The translations under genes were made by a program, and so were the position numbers. Positions 9,306 through 18,238 of a stretch of 24,000 nt of DNA are shown one piece after another. The notes under the pieces were generated by a model, which was not told the DNA's origin, did not search any database, and saw only the letters and a list, made by a program, of their open reading frames with translations. Each line of letters begins with the position of its first letter. Position 1 is the first letter of the stretch. This stretch comes from Sulfurisphaera ohwakuensis (lineage in GTDB: Archaea > Thermoproteota > Thermoprotei_A > Sulfolobales > Sulfolobaceae): the NCBI RefSeq assembly GCF_009729055.1, contig NZ_CP045484.1, forward strand, positions 2,280,872-2,304,871, written 5' to 3'.

Positions 9306-10688
9306 GTGTGTAGTGTAACTGGAGTACTAATAATTAAACCAGAAAATTATGAAAAAATAGAAAAGAAGCTTATTCATATTCTCAAGAAGGCAGAGGATAG
9401 AGGAAGGGATAGTTTTGGTGTTATAGTTATAGAGAAAGATGGAAGTATAAAAAAAGTTAAAGCTTTGGGGAGACCATCAACTCAAGAGGAGAAGTTATAT
9501 GGTATATTAGATGAGAATTCTAAGGTAATAATAGCTAATAATAGAGCAGAACCAACCACAGAATATGTAAGACAAAAGACAGAAGAGGATATTCAACCCT
9601 TTGAGGGAGAAAGATATATAGTTACTCATAATGGAATAATTGCTAACGACTTAGAATTAGAGAAAAAATATAATGTAATAAGGAGAACTAAAATAGATAG
9701 TGCAGTAATTCCACCGATTTTAGATAAACATTGGAATGGAGAAATAGAACAATTAAAGAAAATACTAAATGACATTAAAGGGAGTTTTGCGTTTATAATA
9801 GGTGATAAGAAGAGACCCGATAGAATCTACATTGCTCAGAATTTTAAGCCAGCGTATATGATGTACGATAGAGAGTTAGGTGCTATATTCTTTACATCTC
9901 TTGATGATTACTTTGATGCCTCTCCATTCGATTCAGTAACAAAATTAGACCCTTACTCTATAGTAGAAGTTAATGACAAAATGGAAATTAGAAAAGTTCA
10001 ATTACTTGATAAGAAGATTAGAAAGGTTCTTGTAATTGCAAGTGGTGGATTAGATTCCACTGTAGCTGCAACATACTTACTAAGGCAAGGATATGAAATC
10101 ACTCTTTTACATTTTAACTATCATCATAAGGCTGAAGAGAGAGAAAGAGAAGCTGTAAAGAAGATTGCAGAATATTTACAAGTACCATTAATAGAGATTA
10201 ACACTGATTTGTTTAAAATTATAGGGCATACTACATTACTTAAGGGTGGTGGAGAAATTGTTAAAGAAAGATTTGGAGAAGAGGGTGCAGAATTTGCTCA
10301 TGAATGGGTACCAGCAAGGAATTTGATCTTCTATTCGGTTGCTTTAGCATTAGCTGAGGCTTATGGGTATGATGCTATAGCTTCTGGAATAAATCTTGAA
10401 GAAGCTGGAGCTTATCCAGATAATGAAATGGAGTTTGTAAGATTATTTGCTAAACTATCTCCTTATGCTACTGGACCTAATAAAAAAGTTGAAGTTTTGA
10501 TGCCAGTAGGCAATTTAGTAAAGCATGAAATTGTGAAACTTGGTGTCGAAATAGGTGCTCCACTTCATCTGACATGGAGTTGCTACGAAGGGGGACAAAA
10601 ACATTGTGGAAAATGTGGACCTTGCTATATGAGGAAGACTGCATTTAAAATTAATGGACTTAATGATCCAGTAGAATATGAAAGCTAG
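9306..10688 (+). CDS. GAT-QueC: class-II (Ntn) glutamine amidotransferase fused to a QueC-like PP-loop ATPase (7-cyano-7-deazaguanine synthase family)
   Basis: A GTG start is followed by Cys2 (MCSVTGV), the Ntn nucleophile. RAEPTTE and HNGIIAN are typical class-II GATase motifs. The C-terminal half has the PP-loop [15 protein letters not shown] and the QueC zinc site [18 protein letters not shown]. This fusion architecture is described in the literature for Crenarchaeota lacking ArcS. Confidence 0.8.
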   Translation: MCSVTGVLIIKPENYEKIEKKLIHILKKAEDRGRDSFGVIVIEKDGSIKKVKALGRPSTQEEKLYGILDENSKVIIANNRAEPTTEYVRQKTEEDIQPFEGERYIVTHNGIIANDLELEKKYNVIRRTKIDSAVIPPILDKHWNGEIEQLKKILNDIKGSFAFIIGDKKRPDRIYIAQNFKPAYMMYDRELGAIFFTSLDDYFDASPFDSVTKLDPYSIVEVNDKMEIRKVQLLDKKIRKVLVIASGGLDSTVAATYLLRQGYEITLLHFNYHHKAEEREREAVKKIAEYLQVPLIEINTDLFKIIGHTTLLKGGGEIVKERFGEEGAEFAHEWVPARNLIFYSVALALAEAYGYDAIASGINLEEAGAYPDNEMEFVRLFAKLSPYATGPNKKVEVLMPVGNLVKHEIVKLGVEIGAPLHLTWSCYEGGQKHCGKCGPCYMRKTAFKINGLNDPVEYES

Positions 10689-10882
10689 CCTTGATAATAG
10701 AAATATCTCCCTTTTCTTATCACTTTATTCTCTCTCATTAGTTGAACTAGTGCTGAATTAACTTCAGAAGCTGGAAAATTAACATATTTTATTAAATCGC
10801 TAAATGTTATCCATTCTCTTTCTTTTAATATTTTTTCAACAATGTTTTTTATTTCCTCATTTTTACTTGAATCCATACCCAT
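10685..10882 (-). CDS. Small winged-helix DNA-binding-like protein (65 aa)
   Basis: The helix-turn-helix-wing pattern is [10 protein letters not shown] - [17 protein letters not shown] - IRKGRYFYY. The call is structural pattern only. Confidence 0.4.
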   Translation of the reverse strand: MGMDSSKNEEIKNIVEKILKEREWITFSDLIKYVNFPASEVNSALVQLMRENKVIRKGRYFYYQG

Positions 10883-10963
10883 CTAATCTGTTCCGTTCCA
10901 AATAAATTTTGTGCCAAGTTGAAGAAGCAATAAGAATATATACTGTGTATTAAAAATATCCAT

Positions 10964-11329
10964 ATGAAGTTATTTATTCCCATGATAGGTAGTGCTATAG
11001 CATTATCACTAGGCGGAATTTTACTTATAAATAAGGTTCCTTTTATTATATCTCTAGGAACTTTAATAGCCGTTTTATTATTTCTTACTTCATCTCTTCT
11101 TATCTATAAAGAGCATAAATCCGGTTATTATCTTGGTCTTGTTCTTAGCATTTTATCTATATTAGCTTCTGCGACTTCAACAACTCATGATAGAGCTTTA
11201 TTAGCATTTGGTTCTTCTTTATATATTTCTATTTTAGATATATTAATGCTATTAGGTTTCTATTTTTTCCCAGTTCTTTATATTATACTTTTTGCAAAAA
11301 AGTTAAAAAGGAGTATGACTAATAAGTAA
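10964..11329 (+). CDS. Small integral membrane protein (3-4 TM segments)
   Basis: 121 aa, almost entirely hydrophobic segments with a basic C-terminal tail. It lies 4 bp upstream of the next gene. Confidence 0.5.
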   Translation: MKLFIPMIGSAIALSLGGILLINKVPFIISLGTLIAVLLFLTSSLLIYKEHKSGYYLGLVLSILSILASATSTTHDRALLAFGSSLYISILDILMLLGFYFFPVLYIILFAKKLKRSMTNK

Positions 11330-11333
11330 AGTA

Positions 11334-11816
11334 ATGCAGACTCAAGTACCTATACTGTCACCTTCAGCTAGAGTAGCAGATTTGTTAGGTTTATTGACAG
11401 TATTATATAATAGTTTTGAAGGCAAAACAGACATTTACCTACTAGAGAAAGAATTAGAAGTGGACATAGATGATTTTATGCCCATAGTTTATGCTGCTAA
11501 TACTCTAGGATTTGTAACAATAGGGGACGGGGATATAATAATAACAGATAAAGGGATAGAATTTTTAAAAGGAAACATAAGAAAAAGAAAAGAACTGTTA
11601 AGAGAATCTTTACATAAAATTGAACCTTTTGCTACAGCTAAAGAACTTGGAAAGTTTAATATTGAGGAATTACTAGGAAAATTGGAAGAAAAAGGAATTA
11701 CAGCTTATTCTGGTCCTTCAGGATATCATGATTTGCAAGTTATTTTAGCAGAATGGGGTGTATATTCTGGATTCCTAAAATTAGTTGACGATGAATATGA
11801 GGTAACAATTAGTTAA
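11334..11816 (+). CDS. AAA-associated (AAA_assoc_C-like) domain protein, function unknown
   Basis: ARVADLLGLLTVLYNSFEGKTDIYLLEKELEVDIDDFMPIVYAANTLGFVTIGDGDIIITDKGIEFL resembles the C-terminal domain appended to NitT/TauT-type ABC ATPases. The assignment is from memory. Confidence 0.45.
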   Translation: MQTQVPILSPSARVADLLGLLTVLYNSFEGKTDIYLLEKELEVDIDDFMPIVYAANTLGFVTIGDGDIIITDKGIEFLKGNIRKRKELLRESLHKIEPFATAKELGKFNIEELLGKLEEKGITAYSGPSGYHDLQVILAEWGVYSGFLKLVDDEYEVTIS

Positions 11817-11874
11817 TTTACGATATGGCGTAATCCAAGAATGTTTTATAAGGTTTTGTTAAAAACTGTAAATC

Positions 11875-12618
11875 ATGGAGAATGAAAAAGTAGAAGAACC
11901 CGTACTACATTATACTCATGAAGCTGATGTATTTAGAACTAGAGTATTTGGTATCCAGGATGGACTTATTGGTGTAGGAGCCATAGCTCTAGGTGCAGCT
12001 GGGTATTCTCAAGATCCCTTGCTTGTATTAGTTACTGGATTGATCGCAACTATAGCACAAGCTTTTTCTATGGGTATTGGTGAGTACATATCTACGAGGG
12101 TAAGAAATCAAATAATAGAAAATGAAATACAAAAAGAACGTTATGAAATTGAAAAATATCCTGAAAAAGAGAAAGAAGAACTTAAGCAATTTTACTTAAG
12201 TAAAGGATTACCTGAAAAGGAGGCTGAAGAAATTGCTGAAAGGCTAATGAAAAATAAGGATATTGTTCTTCATGAAATGATGATCCATGAATTAAAACTA
12301 TTTCCAGAAGAATTTGAGAAACCAGTGAAATTAGGTTTTATTATGGCTTTATATTTAATTATTGGTGGGTTAATTCCCTTAGTTCCATTTATTTTATCCT
12401 TATTTGTAAAAATTCCCTTTATGTTTTCTATAATTTCCTCCATTCTTCTTGTTTTATTAACCCTAGGTGTATTTGGTTCAATGACTAGTAAGTATACTGG
12501 ATTAAGTAAATTTAGAGGTGCATTTGAACAGATAGGAACTGGATTATTAGCACTCGTTGGTAGTTATATTGGTGGTGCAATAATTGGCTACTTTTTACCA
12601 ATTCATGTTGCTATTTAA
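11875..12618 (+). CDS. VIT1/CCC1-family iron/manganese transporter
   Basis: The [17 protein letters not shown] motif, a central acidic helical metal-binding-type region ([20 protein letters not shown]...) and C-terminal TM helices give the typical VIT family layout. Confidence 0.75.
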   Translation: MENEKVEEPVLHYTHEADVFRTRVFGIQDGLIGVGAIALGAAGYSQDPLLVLVTGLIATIAQAFSMGIGEYISTRVRNQIIENEIQKERYEIEKYPEKEKEELKQFYLSKGLPEKEAEEIAERLMKNKDIVLHEMMIHELKLFPEEFEKPVKLGFIMALYLIIGGLIPLVPFILSLFVKIPFMFSIISSILLVLLTLGVFGSMTSKYTGLSKFRGAFEQIGTGLLALVGSYIGGAIIGYFLPIHVAI

Positions 12619-13541
12619 TTATCTCCAGCATGTAATAATTTAGCTAATCCTCTAGGAATCTTAGCTGGTTTATTTTCTTTTTTGAATAGTTCCCTTCTAT
12701 GAGCTTCAAGTAGATTTGGTTCTAGCCCTAAATATTCAGCCGCTGAGATTACCTTAACTCCAAAATCTTTTGCCACCTCTTTTACTGGTTTTAATACATT
12801 TTCATGATTTAAATCCCTTAACACGTGATGATCGATTATAGCGTATTGAAGTCCGTTCTTTACTATAGACTCCATATTTTTTATTGATTTATCTAAGTCT
12901 TCTTCTGACAAAGCTCTACCTAATAAATAACTCAGTGGTCCGTCTATTATGATAAAATTAGGTGAGATTTTTTTGGTAAAATCTAAATGTTGTTCTTTTG
13001 GAGCTCCCTCGATATCAGATGTAAAAAGCACTGTACCATCTTTGTCGTTTATACCCAGCTGAATAACATAACCAAGTCTTTCATCTGCTCCATGAGGTAC
13101 AGCTTTTGAAAAAATTAATTTTGTTGAACCGAAAATAAATTCTTTTCCATCTGCTACTTCTATTTTACTAGGAATATCTTTCAATGCTCTAAGAAACTTA
13201 GGTGCTCTTCTATATTTCTGACTATTATTTATGTTGTTTGTTGGATCTTTAATAAAGACCATTTTATTACTGTATATCTCAATTGGAATAACATAACCTG
13301 GATCGTGGTGATCATAATGATAGTGTGTTATGACTATAATGTCTACATCCTTAGATATTTCATAGATTTTTTTTGCTAATTCAGTCAACTTGTTTACTTC
13401 TAATTGGTGAGGAGGAAGTCCATATCTTCTTGGAGCTAAAGATACTGCGGGATCAATTAGAATTCTAACATCCTTAGTTTCAACTAAGGTTGCTTGTGAC
13501 CTAACTCCCAGGCTCTCAAATGCTAATGGAGTAACTTTCAT
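12615..13541 (-). CDS. Metallo-beta-lactamase-fold protein (archaeal UPF0282 family)
   Basis: The [11 protein letters not shown] (HxHxDH-type) motif, the downstream PHGADE and DHH, the 308-aa size and the N-terminus [17 protein letters not shown] are typical of UPF0282. Confidence 0.7.
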   Translation of the reverse strand: MKVTPLAFESLGVRSQATLVETKDVRILIDPAVSLAPRRYGLPPHQLEVNKLTELAKKIYEISKDVDIIVITHYHYDHHDPGYVIPIEIYSNKMVFIKDPTNNINNSQKYRRAPKFLRALKDIPSKIEVADGKEFIFGSTKLIFSKAVPHGADERLGYVIQLGINDKDGTVLFTSDIEGAPKEQHLDFTKKISPNFIIIDGPLSYLLGRALSEEDLDKSIKNMESIVKNGLQYAIIDHHVLRDLNHENVLKPVKEVAKDFGVKVISAAEYLGLEPNLLEAHRRELFKKENKPAKIPRGLAKLLHAGDN

Positions 13542-13551
13542 CTTTTCACAA

Positions 13552-13800
13552 TTATAATCTTATGCTACTAATGTCTAATATTGCTTCTCTTAATCTTCTC
13601 TTGAATTCTTCTAAATCTTGATATGCTAATCTAAGTCCATAATTTGTGTTTTTCTTTTCCATGTATTTTCCTACCCCATATAATGTTAAGCCAGATATTG
13701 TAGTTAGATGGAAGGGATCATCAAGTCCAAAAGCTATAAACTTTCCCACAGCTTGTAACGTTTTTCCTTTTGGTTCATAATCACCTAAAATTTCTTTCAT
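13552..13800 (-). CDS. Hypothetical protein (82 aa)
   Basis: ORF with balanced composition, 10 bp upstream of the MBL gene. No motif recognised. Confidence 0.35.
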   Translation of the reverse strand: MKEILGDYEPKGKTLQAVGKFIAFGLDDPFHLTTISGLTLYGVGKYMEKKNTNYGLRLAYQDLEEFKRRLREAILDISSIRL

Positions 13801-13880
13801 ATAAAATAAATTTTGTTTTACTAGATATAAGAAGTATGGGAATATAATATGGTATTTGCTTGTCGAAAACTATTTGAGTA

Positions 13881-14942
13881 TTATACGATAAAAATCTCTT
13901 CTTTCTGTAAATTATTCATTACAACAGCCTTACTATTGACATAAACCATATCCTCTATTCTAATACCAAATTTCTCCGGAAGATAAATTCCAGGTTCAAT
14001 TGTAAATACCATATTTTTCTCAATCTTTCTCTTATAATTCGGTGCAATATAAGGTTCCTCATGAACATCAATCCCAATTCCATGCCCAGTTCTGTGTATG
14101 AAATATTTACCGAAACCATAGTTTGTTATAACTTGTCTTGCAACTTTATCTATCTCACAAGCTTGTACATTTTCTTTTATCATATCTTCTGCCTTTTGTT
14201 GTGCTTCCTTAACTATTTCAAAGATTTTTACTATTTCTTCAATAGGTTTTCCAATACTAACTACCCTAGTAGTATCAGTAGAATACCCCTTATATTTTAT
14301 TCCAAAGTCAAAAATCAGTATATCTCCTTGTTTTATTTCTCTAGTGGTAGATCTTAAGTGTGGCATAGATGTATTAGGTCCAGAAGTTACTATTGGTTCG
14401 AAAGACGCACCATCAGCACCATTATTTAGGAATTCGTCCACTAGCATTTTAGCTATTTTCTTCTCATTCAAACCTGGCTTTATGTGATTTATTGTATTGA
14501 GAAATGATTTCTCAGCTATTCTAACTCCTTCCTTCATTATTTCAATTTCTTCATCTTGTTTAATTATTCGTAATTCCTTCATTATTTCATTTGCCTTAAT
14601 AATTTGTGAAGGTGAAAAATTATTTATTATATCTATTGTAAATGAGGACCAAAGAGTGTCATCAATTGCAATACTTTTCCCCTTTTCAATATTTAGTTTC
14701 TTGTAAGGATTTTCATCATCAGAATAACTTACGACCGGTATGTTAAAATGAGATAATTGTTCTTCATAAAGTTTGGGAGCTAAAAAGTAAACGTTCCAAC
14801 TATCTATTATAAGAAATAATGGTCTTTCCATTTGTTCTTCAGTAAATCCGGTTAAATAAAACATGTTACTACCAGGCCCAAGAATTACATAATCAATCAT
14901 TCTCTCTTTCATTAGTTCTCTGAGTCTAGTTATCCTCTTCAT
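13881..14942 (-). CDS. Xaa-Pro dipeptidase / M24B metallopeptidase
   Basis: A creatinase-like N-domain is followed by the pita-bread fold metal ligands: FDFG..YKGYSTDTTR, HRTGHGIGIDVHEEP, FTIEPGIY, RIED. Confidence 0.85.
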   Translation of the reverse strand: MKRITRLRELMKERMIDYVILGPGSNMFYLTGFTEEQMERPLFLIIDSWNVYFLAPKLYEEQLSHFNIPVVSYSDDENPYKKLNIEKGKSIAIDDTLWSSFTIDIINNFSPSQIIKANEIMKELRIIKQDEEIEIMKEGVRIAEKSFLNTINHIKPGLNEKKIAKMLVDEFLNNGADGASFEPIVTSGPNTSMPHLRSTTREIKQGDILIFDFGIKYKGYSTDTTRVVSIGKPIEEIVKIFEIVKEAQQKAEDMIKENVQACEIDKVARQVITNYGFGKYFIHRTGHGIGIDVHEEPYIAPNYKRKIEKNMVFTIEPGIYLPEKFGIRIEDMVYVNSKAVVMNNLQKEEIFIV

Positions 14943-14946
14943 ATAG

Positions 14947-14955
14947 CTTTTTAAG
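14947..14955 (+). promoter_or_regulatory. Candidate TATA box for the deacetylase gene
   Basis: CTTTTTAAG is centred about 26 bp upstream of GTG 14977. Confidence 0.35.
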
Positions 14956-14963
14956 CAAAAGCC

Positions 14964-14971
14964 CTATATAA
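14964..14971 (-). promoter_or_regulatory. Candidate TATA box for the M24 peptidase gene
   Basis: The minus strand reads TTATATAG, centred about 25 bp upstream of ATG 14942. The two divergent promoters interdigitate in a 34-bp spacer. Confidence 0.35.
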
Positions 14972-14976
14972 CTTCT

Positions 14977-15966
14977 GTGTCTTTAATACCACTAATTTAT
15001 TCAGATGTTTATTTATTACATAGACCTAAATATACGCATTCAGAGAATCCAGATAGAATAAAACGTGCTCTGGAAGAGTTAAAAGATTATCCCAAAATTT
15101 CCCCACAAAAAGTATCTGAAGAAGAAGTTAAATTAATTCATGATGAAGATTACATTAACCTAGTTAAATCATCTAGCAAGAAGGAAAGTATGATTGATGC
15201 AGACACTTACACTAGCAAAGAAACATTTGATGTGGCACTCTACGCTCTAGGTGGGGCATTAAAAGCATTTGAGACTAATGGGTTTGCTTTGTTAAGACCA
15301 CCAGGTCATCATGCTGGTAGGTTTGGAAAAGCATTTGGTGCCCCAACACTAGGTTTCTGTATTTTCAATAATATCGCTTTTCCCATAAGAAAATACGCCT
15401 TAACGAAGGTGTTAATTATCGATTTTGATGTGCATTATGGTAACGGAACTCAAGATATATTCTGGAACGATCCGGAGGTTGTACATATAGATATTCATCA
15501 AGATCCAAGAACTATATATCCTGGTACTGGATTCCCAGATATGATAGGAGGAAAAGATGCTGAAGGCACAAAGATTAATCTATTAATTCCACCGTTAGGA
15601 GGAGATGATTTATATGAAGAGTTAATACCTATCATACAATCTGTAATTGATGACTTTAAACCTAAAATAATAGCCTATTCTGCTGGTTTCGATGCTTTTG
15701 AGGGTGATGGGCTTGCTAGTGTAAGAGCTACTGAGTGGACATATTATAATATGGGTTTACTCTCAAATAGATTTGAAAGGAAATATGCAGTTCTAGAAGG
15801 TGGTTATGGTGTAGGTTTAATAAGAGGACTTAAGGCATTTATATACGGATTACAAGGAGAAAAGAAGGTATATCCTAAAAATACATCATCAGATGCTGTT
15901 AAGAGTAGATTCAGAAATTATCTATCTGAAGAAAAGAGGATATTAAGAGAATTCTGGAAAATTTAA
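14977..15966 (+). CDS. Histone deacetylase-family enzyme (AcuC / acetylpolyamine amidohydrolase-like)
   Basis: LRPPGHHAG, DFDVHYGNGTQ, SAGFDA and LEGGY are the catalytic and zinc-ligand motifs of the class I/II HDAC fold. Confidence 0.85.
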   Translation: MSLIPLIYSDVYLLHRPKYTHSENPDRIKRALEELKDYPKISPQKVSEEEVKLIHDEDYINLVKSSSKKESMIDADTYTSKETFDVALYALGGALKAFETNGFALLRPPGHHAGRFGKAFGAPTLGFCIFNNIAFPIRKYALTKVLIIDFDVHYGNGTQDIFWNDPEVVHIDIHQDPRTIYPGTGFPDMIGGKDAEGTKINLLIPPLGGDDLYEELIPIIQSVIDDFKPKIIAYSAGFDAFEGDGLASVRATEWTYYNMGLLSNRFERKYAVLEGGYGVGLIRGLKAFIYGLQGEKKVYPKNTSSDAVKSRFRNYLSEEKRILREFWKI

Positions 15967-16796
15967 CAGGTATAATAGCATTTTAATGCTAAATTGTATG
16001 CAGCATTAAAGTCTCTATCTGCTTTGAATCCACATGCTGGACATACAAATAAAGGTCCTAAAACTTCTCCTTTTTTGAATCCACAGTTTGAGCAAATTTT
16101 ACTTGTATTATAAGGATCAACTAACTTATACTTTATACCCCTAGAATATAATTGTTGTTCTAGTTCTATTTCAATATTTCTTAAAGTATTTCCAACCTTA
16201 TTTTCAAATATTCTTAAATCTTCTAAAGCTACGATTTTAGGGTTTAACTCATCAATGAAATTTACTATATCGCTTATTACCTTTTTAACCTTATTTCTAA
16301 TATTTTTTATTTCACTAACCCCTTGAGGATTTCCTAATATTTTAATCATTTCATCAGTGATCAGTTCTTTTCCCCAAAACCTAGTCTTCCATAGTTTTCC
16401 GTTTCTCAAAGCTACAATTGTAATTAAATGTCTCACTCCAATATCTACCCCCACAATAGATCGAGGTTTTTCATATGCTAAGTAAACCTTAATGTTGTTT
16501 GTAAAATCGATAACCGCGTATAGTGGTATCTCTTCTCTTTCACTTTTTACTATTGCATTTATTCCTTTTAATCTATAGGGATTATTACCTACTATTTCTA
16601 TTGGTCCATATTTCACTTCATTAGAATTTAATGCTAAATAGTACAATTCTTTTGGTATATTATGTGGTGGTGGTCCTACATCTTGTCCTTTCATTTTCAA
16701 AATTTTCGAATATTGCCTTATAAATTGGACTTCCTTGTATAATTCCCTCAATGTTCCGTAATCTATAATTTTAGCTTCAACTAATTCCTCGTTCAT
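15963..16796 (-). CDS. tnpB: Ultra-compact TnpB / IS605 OrfB-like RuvC nuclease with zinc ribbon (277 aa)
   Basis: RuvC-I is SIVGVDIGVRHL (D118), RuvC-II KIVALEDL (E192) and RuvC-III ADRDFNAAYNLA (D262). The zinc ribbon is CSNCG-x13-CPACG, preceded by NTSKIC. Only about 115 aa lie N-terminal of RuvC-I. No tnpA and no flanking non-coding DNA are present. Confidence 0.8.
   Translation of the reverse strand: MNEELVEAKIIDYGTLRELYKEVQFIRQYSKILKMKGQDVGPPPHNIPKELYYLALNSNEVKYGPIEIVGNNPYRLKGINAIVKSEREEIPLYAVIDFTNNIKVYLAYEKPRSIVGVDIGVRHLITIVALRNGKLWKTRFWGKELITDEMIKILGNPQGVSEIKNIRNKVKKVISDIVNFIDELNPKIVALEDLRIFENKVGNTLRNIEIELEQQLYSRGIKYKLVDPYNTSKICSNCGFKKGEVLGPLFVCPACGFKADRDFNAAYNLALKCYYTC
15982..16010. 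repeat. Perfect 9-bp inverted repeat (hairpin) inside the 3' end of the TnpB-like ORF
   Basis: TTTAATGCT (15982-15990), an 11-nt loop, then AGCATTAAA (16002-16010). An overlapping alternative stem is AGCATT-tt-AATGCT at 15977-15990. Confidence 0.9.
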
Positions 16797-16816
16797 AAAT
16801 ATAAATTTGATTATCT

Positions 16817-16824
16817 ATTTAAAT
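16817..16824 (-). promoter_or_regulatory. Candidate TATA box for the TnpB-like gene
   Basis: ATTTAAAT is centred 24 bp upstream of ATG 16796, in the 31-bp gap after the upstream GATase gene. Confidence 0.4.
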
Positions 16825-16827
16825 GTT

Positions 16828-17547
16828 TTAGCCAGATATTTCATTAATTGAGCTAAAACTTAATTCTTCAACATTCTTACCTAAATAGTATCCAACAGTA
16901 GATGAAAATATATAGTTTTCATATCTATAAAGTTTATAATATTCTTCAATTTCTTTCATTCTATTTTTATTATAATAATATCCAACAAATATTCTAGGAC
17001 CTTCTTGGTTATTAAAAGTTAGTAATGCAGAATTAAGACTAGAGGCGTACTGAGAAAGAGTACTTAACGTCTCCAAATAAGCAGTTTTAAAATCATTCTT
17101 CAAGGAATAATTTTTTATTATTTCTAGGAAAAACAAATAACTATCAGTTGAAGGGTAGTTAGGCTCAGAAAATGCCTTTCTATTTATAGAACCATTATGA
17201 GCGAAATATAAATCATGTGTGGATAATCTATAATAGTAGGGATGATTATGCCTTACACCTAAAAGGAAGTTTTTCCCTGCTTTCCTAGCATGAAATATAG
17301 CATATATCTCATCTCCCTTAAGCAAACTTAAGTAATCAAAAAATAGAGGATCTTCATAAATAGGCTCATTAGTCTTGTAATAAAGTACTTTCCACTTACC
17401 ATTTTTTGAAATAAGTGCTATAAATCCCCAGCCATCTGAATGTGAACCATATTTGAAATATACGTCATTCTTGCTGGCACTTAGAAAAGCTTTCAAAACT
17501 TCAAAATTTGGCTCTCCTTTTGCTTTAAAAGCAAGAATTCTACACAT
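16828..17547 (-). CDS. Stand-alone class-II (Ntn) glutamine amidotransferase, YafJ/EgtC-like
   Basis: MCRILAF has Cys2 as the nucleophile. Also present are SDGWGF, HARKAG, HNHPY and AHNGSI. 239 aa. Confidence 0.8.
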   Translation of the reverse strand: MCRILAFKAKGEPNFEVLKAFLSASKNDVYFKYGSHSDGWGFIALISKNGKWKVLYYKTNEPIYEDPLFFDYLSLLKGDEIYAIFHARKAGKNFLLGVRHNHPYYYRLSTHDLYFAHNGSINRKAFSEPNYPSTDSYLFFLEIIKNYSLKNDFKTAYLETLSTLSQYASSLNSALLTFNNQEGPRIFVGYYYNKNRMKEIEEYYKLYRYENYIFSSTVGYYLGKNVEELSFSSINEISG

Positions 17548-18238
17548 CTACCATCATACCATCATGAGCTATAATATAACCCTTTGCTATTTCTTTAACT
17601 TGATTTTCTATTTGGGCTGGAATATGTGTTATAATTAATTTATTGCGATCATACATCTCTATGAGTTGCTTCACTGAAGTATGTCCATATTGCCTACAAT
17701 CATCTATACAACTACCTTCATGTATAATAAGGTCTGCATCTTTTGCTTCATCTAATACAGTTTCGCAAGGTTCCAAAGTATCTCCAGTGTAAATAATCTT
17801 CTTTTCACCATCTGTTATTATATAAGAAACAGCATAAATACTATGGCATGCTTCAACGGAATATATCTCTAGATCACTAATTTTAGCTTTTGGAAGTTCA
17901 TTCTCTATTGTATTTGCTGAAATGTTATTGCCACTTTTAACATATGAATCTAAGACTTTAAGAATTCCTGGTGGCGAATAAACTTGTATTTCTTTCATTC
18001 TTAATATTTTTCTTTGAACTAAATGGTCAAATAATCCATTTATATGATCTATATGAAGATGTGTAATGAATATTGCTTCGAAATCTAAGAGGTTCAAATC
18101 CTCAATCTTAAAATTCGCTCCAGTGCCTAAATCTAGTAATACAGAAGTTCCTTCATTACTTTTAATATATATAGAAGATTTTACCCTCTTTGAACCATAA
18201 GTTGCCCCGGCTCCAGTACCTATAAATATAATCTTCAC
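17540..18238 (-). CDS. Metallo-beta-lactamase-fold hydrolase (RNase Z/PhnP-like short form)
   Basis: GTG start. Motifs are IIFIGTGAG, LLDLGTG, ITHLHIDHINGL (HxHxDH) and a later HEGS and H residues. It overlaps the downstream GATase gene by 8 bp. Confidence 0.75.
   Translation of the reverse strand: MKIIFIGTGAGATYGSKRVKSSIYIKSNEGTSVLLDLGTGANFKIEDLNLLDFEAIFITHLHIDHINGLFDHLVQRKILRMKEIQVYSPPGILKVLDSYVKSGNNISANTIENELPKAKISDLEIYSVEACHSIYAVSYIITDGEKKIIYTGDTLEPCETVLDEAKDADLIIHEGSCIDDCRQYGHTSVKQLIEMYDRNKLIITHIPAQIENQVKEIAKGYIIAHDGMMVDV

Noticed and set aside
11817-11842. Hairpin TTACG-atatgg-CGTAA just after the stop of ORF 11334..11816, as a possible terminator
   Set aside because: The stem is only 5 bp. 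Archaeal termination relies mainly on T-tracts, and the hairpin is not distinguishable from chance.
12825-12907. GUGAUGA ... CUGA pair on the + strand, plus several other isolated UGAUGA hits (e.g. 12277, 15141, 19013 minus, 14711 minus)
   Set aside because: They either have no CUGA within 45-70 nt, or the spacing is over 70 nt. All lie inside well-supported CDSs.
15910-15931. 6-bp inverted repeat TTCAGA-(9 nt)-TCTGAA downstream of the TnpB-like stop (inside the deacetylase 3' end), as a possible omega-RNA or right-end hairpin
   Set aside because: It is short and AT-rich, and is expected by chance many times in this window. It is mentioned only as a place to look if RNA-seq shows an antisense transcript.
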